A stretch of 64,000 nucleotides of DNA, taken from the NCBI RefSeq assembly GCF_964204645.1, contig NC_134035.1:9766451-9830450 (forward strand). The letters run 5' to 3'. Of this stretch, positions 26,901 through 41,327 are shown in pieces; position 1 is the stretch's first letter; each line of letters starts with the position of its first letter. The notes under the pieces were generated by a model. The model did not search any database. It was not told the origin of the DNA and saw nothing but the letters and a program-made list of their open reading frames with translations. The stretch is from Tubulanus polymorphus. Its lineage: Eukaryota; Animalia; Nemertea. Made by a program: the position numbers and the translations under genes.

Positions 26901-29900
26901 GTCCAAGTGTGGTCTTAAATCTTAAGACCATCTTAAGTTGTTAGATTGGCTATAGAACTAAATTGGTCTTAGACTGGTCTTATGTCTAAGCCATGACTAT
27001 GCAACCGGCCCCAGTAGCTGGTCTCTCTGTTAAATCTGACCATCTCAAATACTCGGCCAATATTTGAACGCTGTAAGGCAGACAGAAGGGCGGATCCAGG
27101 CCAAAAGAAAGGGAGGCGTCCGCTTAAGGAACGTAGGGCCTTTTTCTAAGCGTTGCAGCAATAATTGCGTTGTTCCTACAAACGATGACTTTTCAGATCT
27201 AGTAGAATGGTAAACCAGCTAGTTTCCGAAACAAAATTTATACATTTTTTTCAGTTGTTCAATACTAATATTCACCTTTCTTCAGAAAATATTCAGGGCG
27301 AAATATTTGAGGATATTAAGTAGAGGGCTTAAATAATATCAAAACTACGACGATTAACCTAAATACCCACTCCCCCCCGGACATACGTCAATGTAGCCAG
27401 GCCCCCTCGATGATTAACCTACATACCCACAGCCCGGACACACGTCGATGTAGTCAGGCACCCCTCGATGATGATTAAAATGACGTAGTGTTAATCCGGC
27501 TTATGTTCCACGTCAATGTACGAGCGTCAATCTGTCTGTCTGTGTCATAAAATTATAAATATATATATATATATATACCGGTATATTATATTATTTAGAA
27601 CGGACCAGGGCAAGGCCTTTCACCGGGCCCGCTAGCCCGCTGCAGTTCCAGCCAGTTGCCCATGACTATTGCGCTGTATGCTATATACGCTCGTCTTTTT
27701 GGTCAGTCTTGTCCGGTCCACCAATAGACCAGCTTAATAACGGGGTGGTCACTTTCCGCAAATTCACAAATCCCCTGAATCATGAATGAATGAGTTTCTT
27801 GGTTTAAAATGTTACAATTCAAATGTTACAATTCATTAATTTTGTATATGAATCACATATCCATGGTAAAGAAATGCGTGGTCAATAGCGTCATATCCAA
27901 AATCCCCGAGATTTCAATGTTTTTTTCACCAAAATTTGTCAAATGCGAATCTTGTTTAGCAAAATAGCGCTATATAAAGTCATCTATATATCTACTACTA
28001 TACTACATCGCTGTACAATAGCGGTTTCTCATATCGACGACGAGCGTAAATTGAGTATAAATTGATTATTTCATCATTATACGGACGGCGATGAAAACAC
28101 GTCCACAAATATCCGATAGTTCAAATATAATCACTATATGCGTGCCAGTGCGGAGCTTTTGGTGCACGGTAGAATTAGTTGTCGGTGGTCGCGGTGTTAA
28201 GTACGAAGGCGACGCGCGCATATTTCTGCTCGTCGGTGCCTGTCGCTTTTAATTTGAAGTCGATCGATGTCGCCCGCGAGGCCAACCGACGACTCCATAG
28301 ACTCCGTAGTCGTGCGATGACAATTATACCATATACACATCGACTACATGGGCTGCTGCTGCTGCTGCTGCTGCTGCTGCAACGATGACGGGGATGGATG
28401 GAGAGGTTGGAAGCATATCTCTATGACAATATCATACATTCCAGCATCGGATTCCAACATCACCCGACAAACGCACGCACACAACGACGACGACGAAGAA
28501 CCATGTGTTAAAATACCATTAGCGCAGTCACAACACGGCGTTATCATATACGAATTCAACAACAACGACGACAACAACAACCAGCTCGAATGTCATTCCG
28601 TTTTGCGCTTTGTTGCCGTCGTCAAAAAGAAAAATAATGACGATGAAAATTTCACAGACACAAAGAAAAACTACTGAAGAGCTCGTATTCAATGTCGAGT
28701 AATAAACCGTTACGCAACTGTATAATAACAAGCTGTGTAACCGCAGTGTGGACTACAATGGAAACCCCTGATACACCGCCCCCTGATCACCGCCATACGC
28801 CATGGTTTATCCGAGAACGAGTATCTGAATTCTAACTCGAAACTGGTCAAAATGAATGGCATTACCACCAAAATGCTAAATCAATAATGTAGGCGGTATA
28901 TGCGGGGGGGGGGGGGGTTGACTGCAGTTCTGTTGATCTACTGATTAGCACTATTTCTTCACAATGTACAAGACTCTCAGTAGAGTATCACGGGACATTT
29001 GATCATTCACTAATACCATTTAACAATCAGTGAGCGAATGCTCATATCTATAGCGAACCAGTAAAACAGCATTACGAAGTCTTAACGTTGACCACCACCA
29101 GAGCATTCAACAGATTATCAAGAAGTTTGTTGAACACAAACTTCTGAAAACCCCTACAAGGGTTTTACAAACGGGGTTCGATCCTGGTGGATGCGCATAA
29201 TTTCGCCGTCACTTCCTCGACGTTATGAACGAAAGCGTCGAAGCCATTTCGACGACTTTCATTACCGGACGCAGTCTTTCAGGGACTGACTTAATTTTCT
29301 TCGCAAGACATTCAAAAAGGCATCAAGCGTTCTTGCCGAGCCCAAAAAAGGCGTCGTATAACGTTCATACCATGTGTGTATAGGAATGTTCGAATGGCGC
29401 GGGCTAAAAAATCGCCTCATACCAGAACAACCGCGGCGGTAATAACCTCTCCCCGGAGGGTGTATATCGCATACCCGGTTTTATGCGCTGCGCCGCGCGA
29501 ATTTATTCAGTTTGGTATGTGAGCAATTTGACCAATCTAACTTCGCCGGGGCCGGCAACGGGCGACTCGACTGATCAGCGCCGGGCTAACGCGCCGAGTG
29601 CGGCTAATTAGTATTCCGTATACCATTCTACAACAACAACTACATATACACAACACTACCTCGATTTAGCAGTCAGGGGTAAATGGATATATATATATAT
29701 ATATATATATATTCCCTCGCGCTCTCTCCCTCTTGATGGCAGAGTTTCTCCTACCTGCTTCAACGTGGATTCATAAACACTTGCATAATAATAGCCGTAA
29801 TACATTATATATGAGGATAGCGTGGTATATAGCAGTGATGATACACGGCGTGGTATGGTATACATAGTGAATTAGTACCGTTAAATCCGTATATATACCG

Positions 29901-30328
29901 GCTTGTATTCACTCGATGGCAAACCGATAAATCCGGGCGTTCAATCGAGACTTACTTTAACGTCATGCCCCGTACATATTCTACATTAAAATTGGTTCCA
30001 GCTCGTTTTCAATACGTTCGCTCCATATATTAAGCGAACATATCTTAACTTTTTAAAACGCATTGCAAGCAAACCCTCCGAGTCCAGAATCTGGATGTAC
30101 GTAAGTGCTTAATATCTGCCAACACTGTAGAGATATGAGCTATGACGAACTAAACTGTATCTTGAGCGTTTACATTTTATAGAACGCCACATTTTAGACT
30201 GAAGTAGAGCCTCCTCATCTTCATATTCAAGATGGCTGGACAGCACAACTAGATTTTCAAGGGGATAGATACGAGATAATGGTTGTCAATCCTCCGAGGA
30301 CAAGTGCCAGAAGTGGGAGACCTTCCAA

Positions 30329-31627
30329 AACAGAAGTATGACTGTCCTTAGAAATAGGAACAGAAGTATGAATGTACTTAGAAATAGGATAGTAAGTATG
30401 ACTGTCCTTAAAATAGGAATGTAAGTATGAATGTACTTAGAAATAGGAACAGAAGTATGAATGTACTTAGAAATAGGAACGGAAGTATGTCTGTCCTTAG
30501 AAATAGGAACGGAAGTATGACTGTCCTTAGAAATAGGAACAGAAGTATGAATGTACTTAGAAATAGGAACGGAAGTATGTCTGTCCTTAGAAATAGGAAC
30601 GGAAGTATGACTGTCCTTAGAAATAGGAACAGAAGTATGAATGTACTTAGAAATAGGAACGGAAGTATTTCTGTCCTTAGAAATTGGAACGGAAGTATGA
30701 ATGTACTTAGAAATAGGAACGGAAGTATGACTGTCCTTAGAAATAGGAACAGAAGTATGAATGTACTTAGAAATAGGAACGGAAGTATGTCCGTCCTTAG
30801 AAATAGGAACAGAAGTATGAATGTACTTAGAAATAGGAACGGAAGTAAGTCCGTCCTTAGAAATAGGAACAGAAGTATGAATGTACTTAGAAATAGGAAC
30901 AGAAGTATTTCTGTCCTTAGAAATTGGAACGGAAGTATGAATGTACTTAGAAATAGGAACGGAAGTATGACTGTCCTTAGAAATAGGAACAGAAGTATGA
31001 ATGTACTTAGAAATAGGAACGGAAGTATGTCCGTCCTTAGAAATAGGAACAGAAGTATGAATGTACTTAGAAATAGGAACAGAAGTATTTCTGTCCTTAG
31101 AAATTGGAACGGAAGTATGAATGTACTTAGAAATAGGAACGGAAGTATGACTGTCCTTAGAAATAGGAACAGAAGTATGAATGTACTTAGAAATAGGAAC
31201 GGAAGTATGAATGTACTTAGAAATAGGAACAGAAGTATTTCTGTCCTTAGAAATTGGAACGGAAGTATGAATGTACTTAGAAATAGGAACGGAAGTATGA
31301 CTGTCCTTAGAAATAGGAACAGAAGTATGAATGTACTTAGAAATAGGAACGGAAGTATGTCCGTCCTTAGAAATAGGAACAGAAGTATGAATGTACTTAG
31401 AAATAGGAACGGAAGTATGAATGTACTTAGAAATAGGAACAGAAGTATTTCTGTCCTTAGAAATTGGAACGGAAGTATGAATGTACTTAGAAATAGGAAC
31501 GGAAGTATGACTGTCCTTAGAAATAGGAACAGAAGTATGAATGTACTTAGAAATAGGAACGGAAGTATGTCTGTCCTTAGAAATAGGAATGGAAGTATGA
31601 ATATACTTAGTAATAGGAATGTAAGTA
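30329..31627. repeat. Minisatellite, 30 bp unit ([a/g]gaagtatgaatgtacttagaaataggaac), about 43 copies
   Basis: Directly visible; mostly alternating variants. Confidence 0.97.
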
Positions 31628-33479
31628 AGGAGGTTCTTCAAATAAGGGAAAGTATTACAGTATACTGTATAATCTATATAACGGGCATCAATAACGTGAT
31701 CTCAACCTGAACCTCATCTCAACACTCGTATTATATAAATGAATCATTCTGCCTCAGATCATCGATAAAATTTACAATAGAACTGTTTAAGACTCAGGGT
31801 TTAACTATAGAAAATCTATATCCCGTTCATTGATTATCATTGCATCATACCCTCCAGTGATAAAAATAAACAAAAAATACACAGAGTTGAATGAGTTCAC
31901 GGAAATTTTAGAATGTCTATATATAGGACAGGCGTGGGTTTAGTTTGATACAAGAGCTAATGATCTCATCGACAATTTCTTAAAAATATACAACTCAATG
32001 AATACAGCAAAATCATACATTCCTCATCCAATTTCACACACTGGGATTTACAGCCCAGTTCCATGAATTTGTGGGTTTCATTTCATTCGAGGCCCATTCC
32101 CACAGTTGTGTGACAGTTGTATGGGTTTAATTTCACTCTTGGCCCAGTTCCACAGTTGTGCGGGTTTAATTTGACTGTGGACCCATTTCCACAGTTGTGT
32201 GGCTTTGATCAACTGCAGGTCCAGCACCACAACGGGTTTATTTCAATTTCGGGCCCAGTCCTGGTGAGATTAATCAGCCTCTGGGTGCATTTCATCGGCG
32301 GCTATACTCAATTCAACTCTTCGACCAATCTGACCGAAATGAACTCATCGATCGCACAACTGTAGAACTGCGTCTATAATTCAATCCGGATCGGGAACGT
32401 GATTGGTTAAAATTGAACACTTACCCGCGTGTATGCATCGTACGGAACGTCTTAAGAAGGATCAACACCAGAACGCAGGAGAGTTATATCCCGAGTATGT
32501 TTGCATAGAAGTTTTCAACCATGATATCATGTTTGTATTTTTTAAATATATAATGTGTGTTCAACTGGGAGGTCGGGGTGGGACAAAAAACATCGCGATC
32601 GCACGTCGCGATCCGAAGTCGGTAGTCATCGCGCGCACACACACAGTCCGTCTTTGAGCTTTCACATCAGCAGTAAGACACCTGAAATGTTATTACAACT
32701 AATCAAATAAACTCGATCGGTATACGACGACGACGTGTATACGCCAGGGTAAATATTGATTTCTTAGATCAGTCGTCTGCTGCCCACGCACGCCGCCCGT
32801 CGTCTTCGTCGTCGGGATAGTTCAAATCGGGGGAAGCGACTTCTTTCCTCGACCGACAACGCGGGCGGAAAAAACAGATTATTGCTTTTCGCTCGGTTTC
32901 ATATTTTACGCGAAGAGCAAACAACGACCGAACGTATTACACGACATGTTCCCGTCGGGTAAGTAGACTCTCACCGAACTGACCCGTATCTCGAAAATAT
33001 GAAGAATCCTACTAACTTACGATGGTTTCCATAGACAGGTGACTGTCTGATATCATTTGAAGTAAAAAGCCACAATTTACAGAAAAATAAATTCTCGCAT
33101 TTGACGGTTCGGCCCACTTCTGGGCCATTTACAAAAACTGTTTTTGAAAATTAAAACCTATAGAATTGAGTTGCAACGTCAAAAGCTCATTTGATATTTT
33201 CTCTATATTGTATGTTTCTACTTATTCCTACTTATTCCTAAATAGCAAGATATCAGAAGTGAGTATAGTCGTCGGAATATTTTTGGGTCATTTTGTCTTC
33301 AAATCTTTATCGATGCCTTATAAATAATGATGAGGTTATAGGAAAATTTTACCAAAAGCAACACGCGACAAAGGGCCAGTCATAAACAACATTCCACTAA
33401 TTTTATCTATTTCTAAATCATTCCTACCTATATACGCAATTTTATATAGCATTACATATACGATACGTTATTTATGAAT

Positions 33480-34800
33480 GTGCGGTAAAAATGCCAGTGG
33501 TAAAAATATACCATAGGTAAAAATGCCAGAGTTAGAAATGCCAAAGGGTGATATGCAGATTAGGTGAATATCGGCATCGGACATGGCATTCTTATCTAGA
33601 CTAGATGACGATAAGATTTTGAACATTAAATAACATATTTCTAGATTAATGAAAATAACGAAGTGAATGTACAATCATTTATTCGATTAAGCGCATCGCT
33701 CATTGCGTTTGATGGAAATCGCGAACGACTCCGTTGAAAGAATCAGATAATATCAAACAATATCGGCGTATCGGTTGACAATCAAAATGAAGAGCTTATG
33801 AAAAGACGCACATCTCGTATGAAAGCGTCTAACGCTGTATTTGTATTACGATATATAGTTCTATGAGAAAATTGATCCAATCAAAGATACGCCAGATTTG
33901 AGGATCGTTTGTTTGATTAAACGAATCGAAATTATCGAATAGACAATTTCTTTTTTATTATGGTGAAAAATATCAAATTACACGCGGCCTCGACCACCAG
34001 CTTGCTATCGTTAATTATTTCTAATCAAAAGCTTTTGTTTTGTTTTGTCGTTTGTTCTTCTATGCTTCCTTTTTTATGGTAAACGTATCTATCAAATCAT
34101 ATATTCGCCGATGGCACATTATCAATTATGGCTTTTTTGACGCTGTAAAAACCGTTAAAATAATGTTTATACATATTGATACCTAGTATGTGTTTTATAG
34201 GCCTAAGTGGTTCTGTGTGAGTCGATGTGCCCTGTGTCAACAATATTGATTATTCAAAATAACAATTACAATTGTAAATGTAGTAATTGATTATTTTGTG
34301 ATTCAATTTTTTTCATAACTCTCAGCCTATTTCATCATTAACAAATTTTAATAATTTTTTTGAGAGGATGTGCACTACCTTATCAAAATTTCGGGGCTCG
34401 ACTGGTTGCCAGTTTTATTCAATTCAAGTATCAATATTCAAATCCAAAATAACTTATCGATCCTTGATTTATAGGATATTATAAATGTTCAACAATATCA
34501 AGCTCAGAATCGATAAACTTTCAAAATAGTTTTCTTGTTTACCTCTGGCATTATTGCTGCCTATCTTTATGCATATACACTTCATGAATGACCCCAGAGT
34601 ATATAACTTAAATACATGGCTCCTCGGTAAATTCGACTAGTATCAAAAGTATTCACATTGCAATAAGCAAAATCCGTACCTGAAAGCATTATAGAAGATA
34701 GCAGTGTAGAGATTTCCATCAGTCTTCAGGCTATCCGTTAGCACCACTGCAGTTTTCATTACCTTTACAAAAACGAAAGAAAAAAGACGAGTTCACAACA
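33480..34800 (+). pseudogene. Possible heavily decayed Mutator-like (MULE) transposon remnant
   Basis: ggtaaaaatgcca subrepeats at 33484-33545, then CpG-poor DNA containing HIFADGT at about 34098-34118, resembling the first catalytic D (DGTF) of MULE transposases. No long ORF. Confidence 0.3.
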
Positions 34801-35415
34801 TAGTTAAAATAACATCGAATTCATCGAATAAGCTTCGCGTGGACAATATCTTTGATACAGCTTTGGTCTGCAGAAAGAGGGTCAACTCTCAAGATAAAGT
34901 ATCTAGAAATCTGAAGAAGACGATGATAACAAATCAGGGGTTAGTTGCCATCGGTTGGTTTAAATTATCTAGTGGATAGTTGACACAAGCTGCGTTCACA
35001 CGGCCGTGTTAGGCCCGGGCCAAGTTAGGCCCGCAACAACTCGCACATAGGTGCCAAATGGTCCCGCGCCTGTTTGACCCGACCTTAAACATCAGACCAG
35101 GCCAGAGCCAAGCTTTAGCACGGGACAAATGATTGCATTTGAATTGCAACTGGTTCGGGAAATGATTTGTTAGTGAGCGTCTAATTAGGCACGGGCCAAA
35201 TTTGACTCGGGTCTGATCCGTGCCAATTTGGCCCGGGCCAAATCATCTCCATGTGATCGCGGCTATAGTGACAATTAAAACTGCAAAACTAGACGAAACT
35301 TCACATCAAAGAATGTTAGATAATTCTGACAGATTATATGGGTGTCATCACGTGAATGGGCAACCTAAAGACAAATTGAATTATTAAAAATATTTTTGAA
35401 TCAAGTTCATTCGAC

Positions 35416-35451
<36 letters not shown>

Positions 35452-36800
35452 GCATACATTCATTTAAACAGTATATTATCAAAGTTATACTACCCCGAGA
35501 AGTATTTACAATTGAGGAAAGGTCAAAGTGAAATTCTTAAGGTTTTACAACAACATACGTACTATTTATTCGCATAATTGGCGACCGTTATTAAACTCAG
35601 GGGAACCTCACAACTGTTGGAAGGGAAGGCAGCAGCTCTTACAGCCGGTGGCCTATAAGCACTGCTGAAGCGTGAGCCTTTAATAAAGCCACTATTGAGG
35701 TCGAAAGTGCAGAGAATGGTAACGCAGTTTAGCCAAGGTCATTCCCAAGATGGCCGAAATTTCGCACTGTCCTTCCTACAACTGTTCCATACACGAATAC
35801 ATACTCCGGAATATCTATACATCCTAATACAGTCTAGCGCATAAAGCAAGAAAAACCTTTAAACAAGAAACGTATTTGGTGTTTATGCGTTTCGAAGTTT
35901 GGGTCACCCAATACTGCACAAGGCGAAACAAGAAACACACTGAAAGGCAATGACGATCCCATGGTATCGAAATATTGGCAATTTTCGATAATTCATGAAT
36001 GAGATCTGTTTGTTGTCACTGTATGGGTGTTTCTTGTTTAGATACTGACAAAGCGCACACAGCTCCTTGTTTTGGTAAGCGCAAGCCGTGGTAAAGTCTA
36101 AGACATGACGGTTAGATTATGCAGTCTCGTACATAGACCAGTAGACCAATGGAACTAGAACTAATCCACTTTGGTCAGCGGTTGTACAGTAAATATATAT
36201 GTAAAATGCAGTGAATCCCACAAGAATGACGAAAAAAAGATATGTCCGAAAATGTTTCCATGAGCGAGGAGATTAATCAACGTTTCGACTATATTCTAAT
36301 AGTCATCTTCAGGGAATCTATACGCAGTAAACCTTGCCTTACTTGGACAAAACTGCGACCAAATAACTAATTGACTGTGGTTAAGGCCACAACTTCAGGT
36401 TGTACTTAACATCAAATAAGCATAGGTCTATATCAGTTTCACACTGTATGCACTAGGCTTTAGTCGAACGGTCGCCGCATTAGGAGTTTTAGTAGAAAGC
36501 TCCTTCGTCCATCAATGGATAAATTAATCGTTCGGGGTCGAGCGCGCTTGCGGGGGTCGAGCGCGCTTGCGGGGGCCGCAGATTCGCGCATCACTGCGCG
36601 GCGTACATTCAACGCGTATCCACGTACGCGGCCCGTCGTACATCCGTCGACCTACGACGAATTAAACCTGGCGCCGATCAACGATTATAGATCAGTCATG
36701 TATTAATGGATTTATAGATTATTCGTCATAGCTTTCGTTAAACTGATCATACACACGCGCGCACACACCAACGCTGAATCAATGTTACAAGAGCTAAGAG

Positions 36801-36836
<36 letters not shown>

Positions 36837-39800
36837 TATTCTCGTCCACCTCTCGTGAGCAGGTACAATCTACATCACGTTTATACCCCAATACTATAAA
36901 CTCCTCCTAAGTAACTGTTGATCTCGGTTAACCATTAATTCAGCGGTTAACCTCTTATCCTTTACACTACCGAGCTTGGTTTCAAATTCGGTAACCGCCT
37001 CAACTGGGTAAAAAAGAAATCCTGGTCCCAACTGTATCGATTTAAGGGTACCGGGTAGTTTAATGTACGACAATGTAAAAACTAGACATAAATTCCAAAG
37101 GCGTTTCAAGCACCTTTAAAGTATCATCAACTTTCAACTTTGGAATCGAGGAGTCGTAGGGACAGCGTAAGATGATGAGTGATCATCTGTCAGCCAAGGC
37201 CGACGAAAATCCGCCGAAATAATCGTTAACTTCGAAATCGACGCGGTCGACTCGAGTAATCAAGAAACATTTTCCCGATGACCGCTGGGAAATAGCCGCG
37301 CCGCGTCGAGCCGAGCCTTCGGGTTCATCTCGGTCGCAAGCGAAGACGGAAAGATGTCCGAGTCGCAGCAGCAGCAGCAGCAGCGTTTCACCCCGTGAAC
37401 TACGGCAGACAGTACGACTGACTGACCGCCTGATCGAGACAATTAACTCATCGCCAATCAAAACCACGGTTGAATATCCGTGCGGGCAATCTAAACTCTT
37501 AACTGAAAATCAGCTGCATGTCATAGCTGAATATTTCAACGCGCATTCCTTTGAAAAAGGTTGTCAATACATATAATAGAAATACGCAAAATAGACTCTA
37601 AAAACTTTTCCAAGCTGAATCAACAGCTATAAAGAGTAACCTATTTCAAAGTGCCTTAAACTTTTGATAATTACTAACCTTTCCGAGGCTTAACCAATAA
37701 TCAAATCTCAACTAAATGAACCTAAATTTCAAATCCTGATTAAACTAAATGAACTGTATCCTGTAAGACCATCATGATGAGATATTGATCGCGGACTATC
37801 GACGACTATATAGACAGTTTCCCAAAACCATCTAGAAAACCATCTACACAAATGATCATGAACCTTTGTGCTAGACACTTCCTGGAACAAAGGTCTTCTG
37901 GCTAGGGTTACATCACACGTAGCAGGGTTTCCAGTAGAATGGCCAAGGTAAAAAGAAGTAGGCCTACTAAGAAGGACTTTTTGGCGATATTAGACCCAAA
38001 AGGAAGGTCTTTTGGACTCGGAAAATTATTTCTAGTAAAATGAGGGCCCATAAGGGCGCATTTTGCAATGCCTTCACCGGAATAGTAGTCGAGTAAACCA
38101 GTCATACATTTTTGGGGTAATTCTATAATACTTTCCTGTATATTCAATCTTATTGACAATTGAATTAACAGGCCTGAGTGATGAAATACTACAACAGTTG
38201 AAATCGTAACAAAATTGCGTGTGAAAAATGAATAAAATAATTAAATTTGGAAGGACTTTTTTATCAAAAAGGAGGACAAAGATGATGTTTGTCCAAACTT
38301 TCTCCAAATGAAGGACAAAGAAGGAATTGGAAGGACCGCTGGATACCCTGCATTGTGAATTAGGGCACTAGAACGTTGAGCTTATTTGATCGCGTACTGA
38401 TAACCGACGTTTTCAAAAAATCCATCTATAAACCTTCGCTAGACAGGTTAAATAGTCAAACACAGTAAGGCTCATTTTCTAAAACAAAGGTCTCTAAATC
38501 AACGTTCAGCTTATTGTCCTATATCTTACTGCCGGGATTGTTCTTTGTTTATGATAATTTTGAATTCGGTCCTCAACATTACGACATCGCCCCCAAAACG
38601 ACATCGAAATAACCATCAAAACCAAACACAATTGCTCTAAATGCATTCGGTATCGGAACAGGGCATTGGAACACCCGGTCGAACGAGCAATTACTTCAAC
38701 GAACATAATGCCGGCATTTACGAGGAAGCAATTGTGACATTCATAATAACTAATCATACAGAAAATTACTTCGTTTATTTCAAATGTTGTACAAATTACG
38801 TAGCACAGTATAATTGACTTAATTGCTCTATTTATAATAACACAACAGTACAGTGGCACATAAACAATTTTACTGCAGGGTACTATTCCCTACTGGACTG
38901 ATTGCGAAGTGTCCTGAATTAACCTGTAAGGCCTAGCCTACATCGACACTGCGATTGGAGACAACTAGTTGTCGGGCAGTTTTGGGCGCATGAGAGCAAC
39001 TGGCTGTATACAATCAGTTGCTCGAATTTCTTCGATGTGAGCTAGCTTACGACTGGTTAGCGTCCATCTATCTCCAGTTCCACCCCAGTTGCTCATGTTC
39101 TACTTTTGAGCAACTAGTTGTACTCAGTTGCTGTCAGAAGATTAATTGAATGCGAACTAAATCTCGTAAGACTAAAATGTACTGAATTGACTGCAGTCGC
39201 GGTTCTTCATGCAAAATATATAAACTCATATAAGGCGAAACGGCCGAATGGTGCATAAACCATCCATCACAAGAGCCGTGATCGCACAAGCTTTAAGGCC
39301 CGGAACAACCGTTCAATCGGGCGCCAAATGGGCCCGTGCCTATCTGGCTCGGCCAAAAACGTCCAAATTTTAGCACCAGTCAAATTATCGCATTTGAATT
39401 GCTAGGACTGGCACTGGAATTGCTAGGACTGGCACCGGAAGAGCTCTCACTTATGAGTGTACCTCACTTTGCTTTGCTTAAACATTGTATAGTTCCTCAT
39501 TAGGCACGGGTCAAATTTGACTCGGGCCTGATCCGCGCCAATGTGACCCGGGCAAAATCGATCCGAGCATACGATTGTGGCTGTTCATTCCGTGGTTCAT
39601 ATATATGAATTCTAATACCAGCGGCAGAATTTTCCAAGTCAGTCAGACAAAAAAAGAAGCTCGAACCCACTTATAATAATACTAGAGTGCCGTTTCAGCG
39701 GGTTGAAGAAATATCAAGGGGTACGCGTGTGAATGTATATAAATATTCCGCGCGAGTAGGCGAAGTACGATTGCTTTGTTCTAAAGGTGAAAACAACGAT

Positions 39801-40054
39801 TCTTTCATTATTTCTGTTGTTGCTGTTTAAAGATAAGTCGAGCGTCGTCTGCGATAGATTGAATATCGAGGCACTTCTCTAACGCAAAATGTCACCCAGT
39901 CTTCAAAAGATGAATTAATCGGCGAAGTATTTTTTTTTACCCGCGATGAAAAAACGATTCGGAACTATGCGTTTGCCAGGGTTTCCTACTATGTCGACAC
40001 CCAGCACTCGTTGATCCTTTGATTTCCGCGATCAAGATCTGAACATTCCCTCGA

Positions 40055-40950
40055 ACCAGGCTCAAAGTACAAGACCCTGAAACGTTTTGAGTTGCCCTTT
40101 CTGAATGAACTCATAATTTTTCGCTGCCTTATCACGTGGAGTTTTCATAAACTATTCTTGCATTATTCCATTGGTAGGATAAGCTCTATACTTGGAAATG
40201 CTGTAAAATGCGATACATACATATCCAAGTATTTCCATATACGACGTCCTTATTATATTGCTAATATGCTACAAAATATGCATTTTTAATGATGAAAATA
40301 AGAATCCGAAGTCAGCCATCTTCGATGACATCATAACCTAGTGTGGTCATGTGACAGATCATTTCAGTTAACATATTAAATATGATAGCCAGCTCTGAAC
40401 AAATTTGATGAGTTGATGACCAAAATGAATAATTTCAGAATCAAAGGTGGCCACCAGTCGGCCATAATAGCATAGCTTTGTTTGGCCTATCGATACACCA
40501 TTCCATTTCACATTCTCATGTGAAAAATGAAAGCTCTACATGGTATACTATATCAGCTGATAGCCAAAACATACATTTTCAGAAACCAAGATGGCCACCA
40601 GTCAGCCATGTTACATGACAACATGACCTAGATTGGTCAAATGACTGGTGGCCATTCGATTTTACATTCTCATATGGAAAATTACAGCTTAACACAGAAT
40701 ATTGTGTGAGTTGATAGCCAAAATGTGCATTTTCGGAAACAAAGATGGCTACCAGTCAGCCATCTTAGATGCGATTACCACAAATATATAAATAATATAT
40801 CCCAATTTGAAGATGACTGGCCAAAAGTTGTGAGTTGATTTGTAGAGTGTTCCCAGAAATCTGACGCACGCATGCCAGACCACCACAAACACCAGGGGTA
40901 CAATATAAGGGGCCTAAGCTCAAATGGTCTTCGGCCAAGTGGACTAAAAT
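40055..40950 (-). mobile_element. Non-autonomous element with internal caagatggccaccagtcagccat repeats, possibly Helentron/HINE-like
   Basis: Motif recurs near 40310, 40443, 40587 and 40740. One end reads ttttagtccacttggccgaagacca on minus, with a short hairpin. Confidence 0.45.
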
Positions 40951-41196
40951 CCAGAGGCGAGTTAATAATCCCCTCCCCCGCGGATCATCCCCACCCCCAT
41001 TGTCGTCAGATCCGACGCTGGGATCGTTTATATCCGAAATATAAAATTCCGAATCGTCGCCGACATTCAACACTAGAAAATAGAATGGCGAACCGAAGAG
41101 TGTGGTACAATGGTTACCATAGAAACGACTAGCTACAGGTAGCTCAGTACAGTGAGATCGCAGCCAGCATCAGCTCGCAGCCGAGCGAGAGGAGAG

Positions 41197-41327
<131 letters not shown>

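Noticed and set aside
30286-31710. 451-aa and 427-aa ORFs
   Set aside because: Products of a 30-bp tandem repeat.
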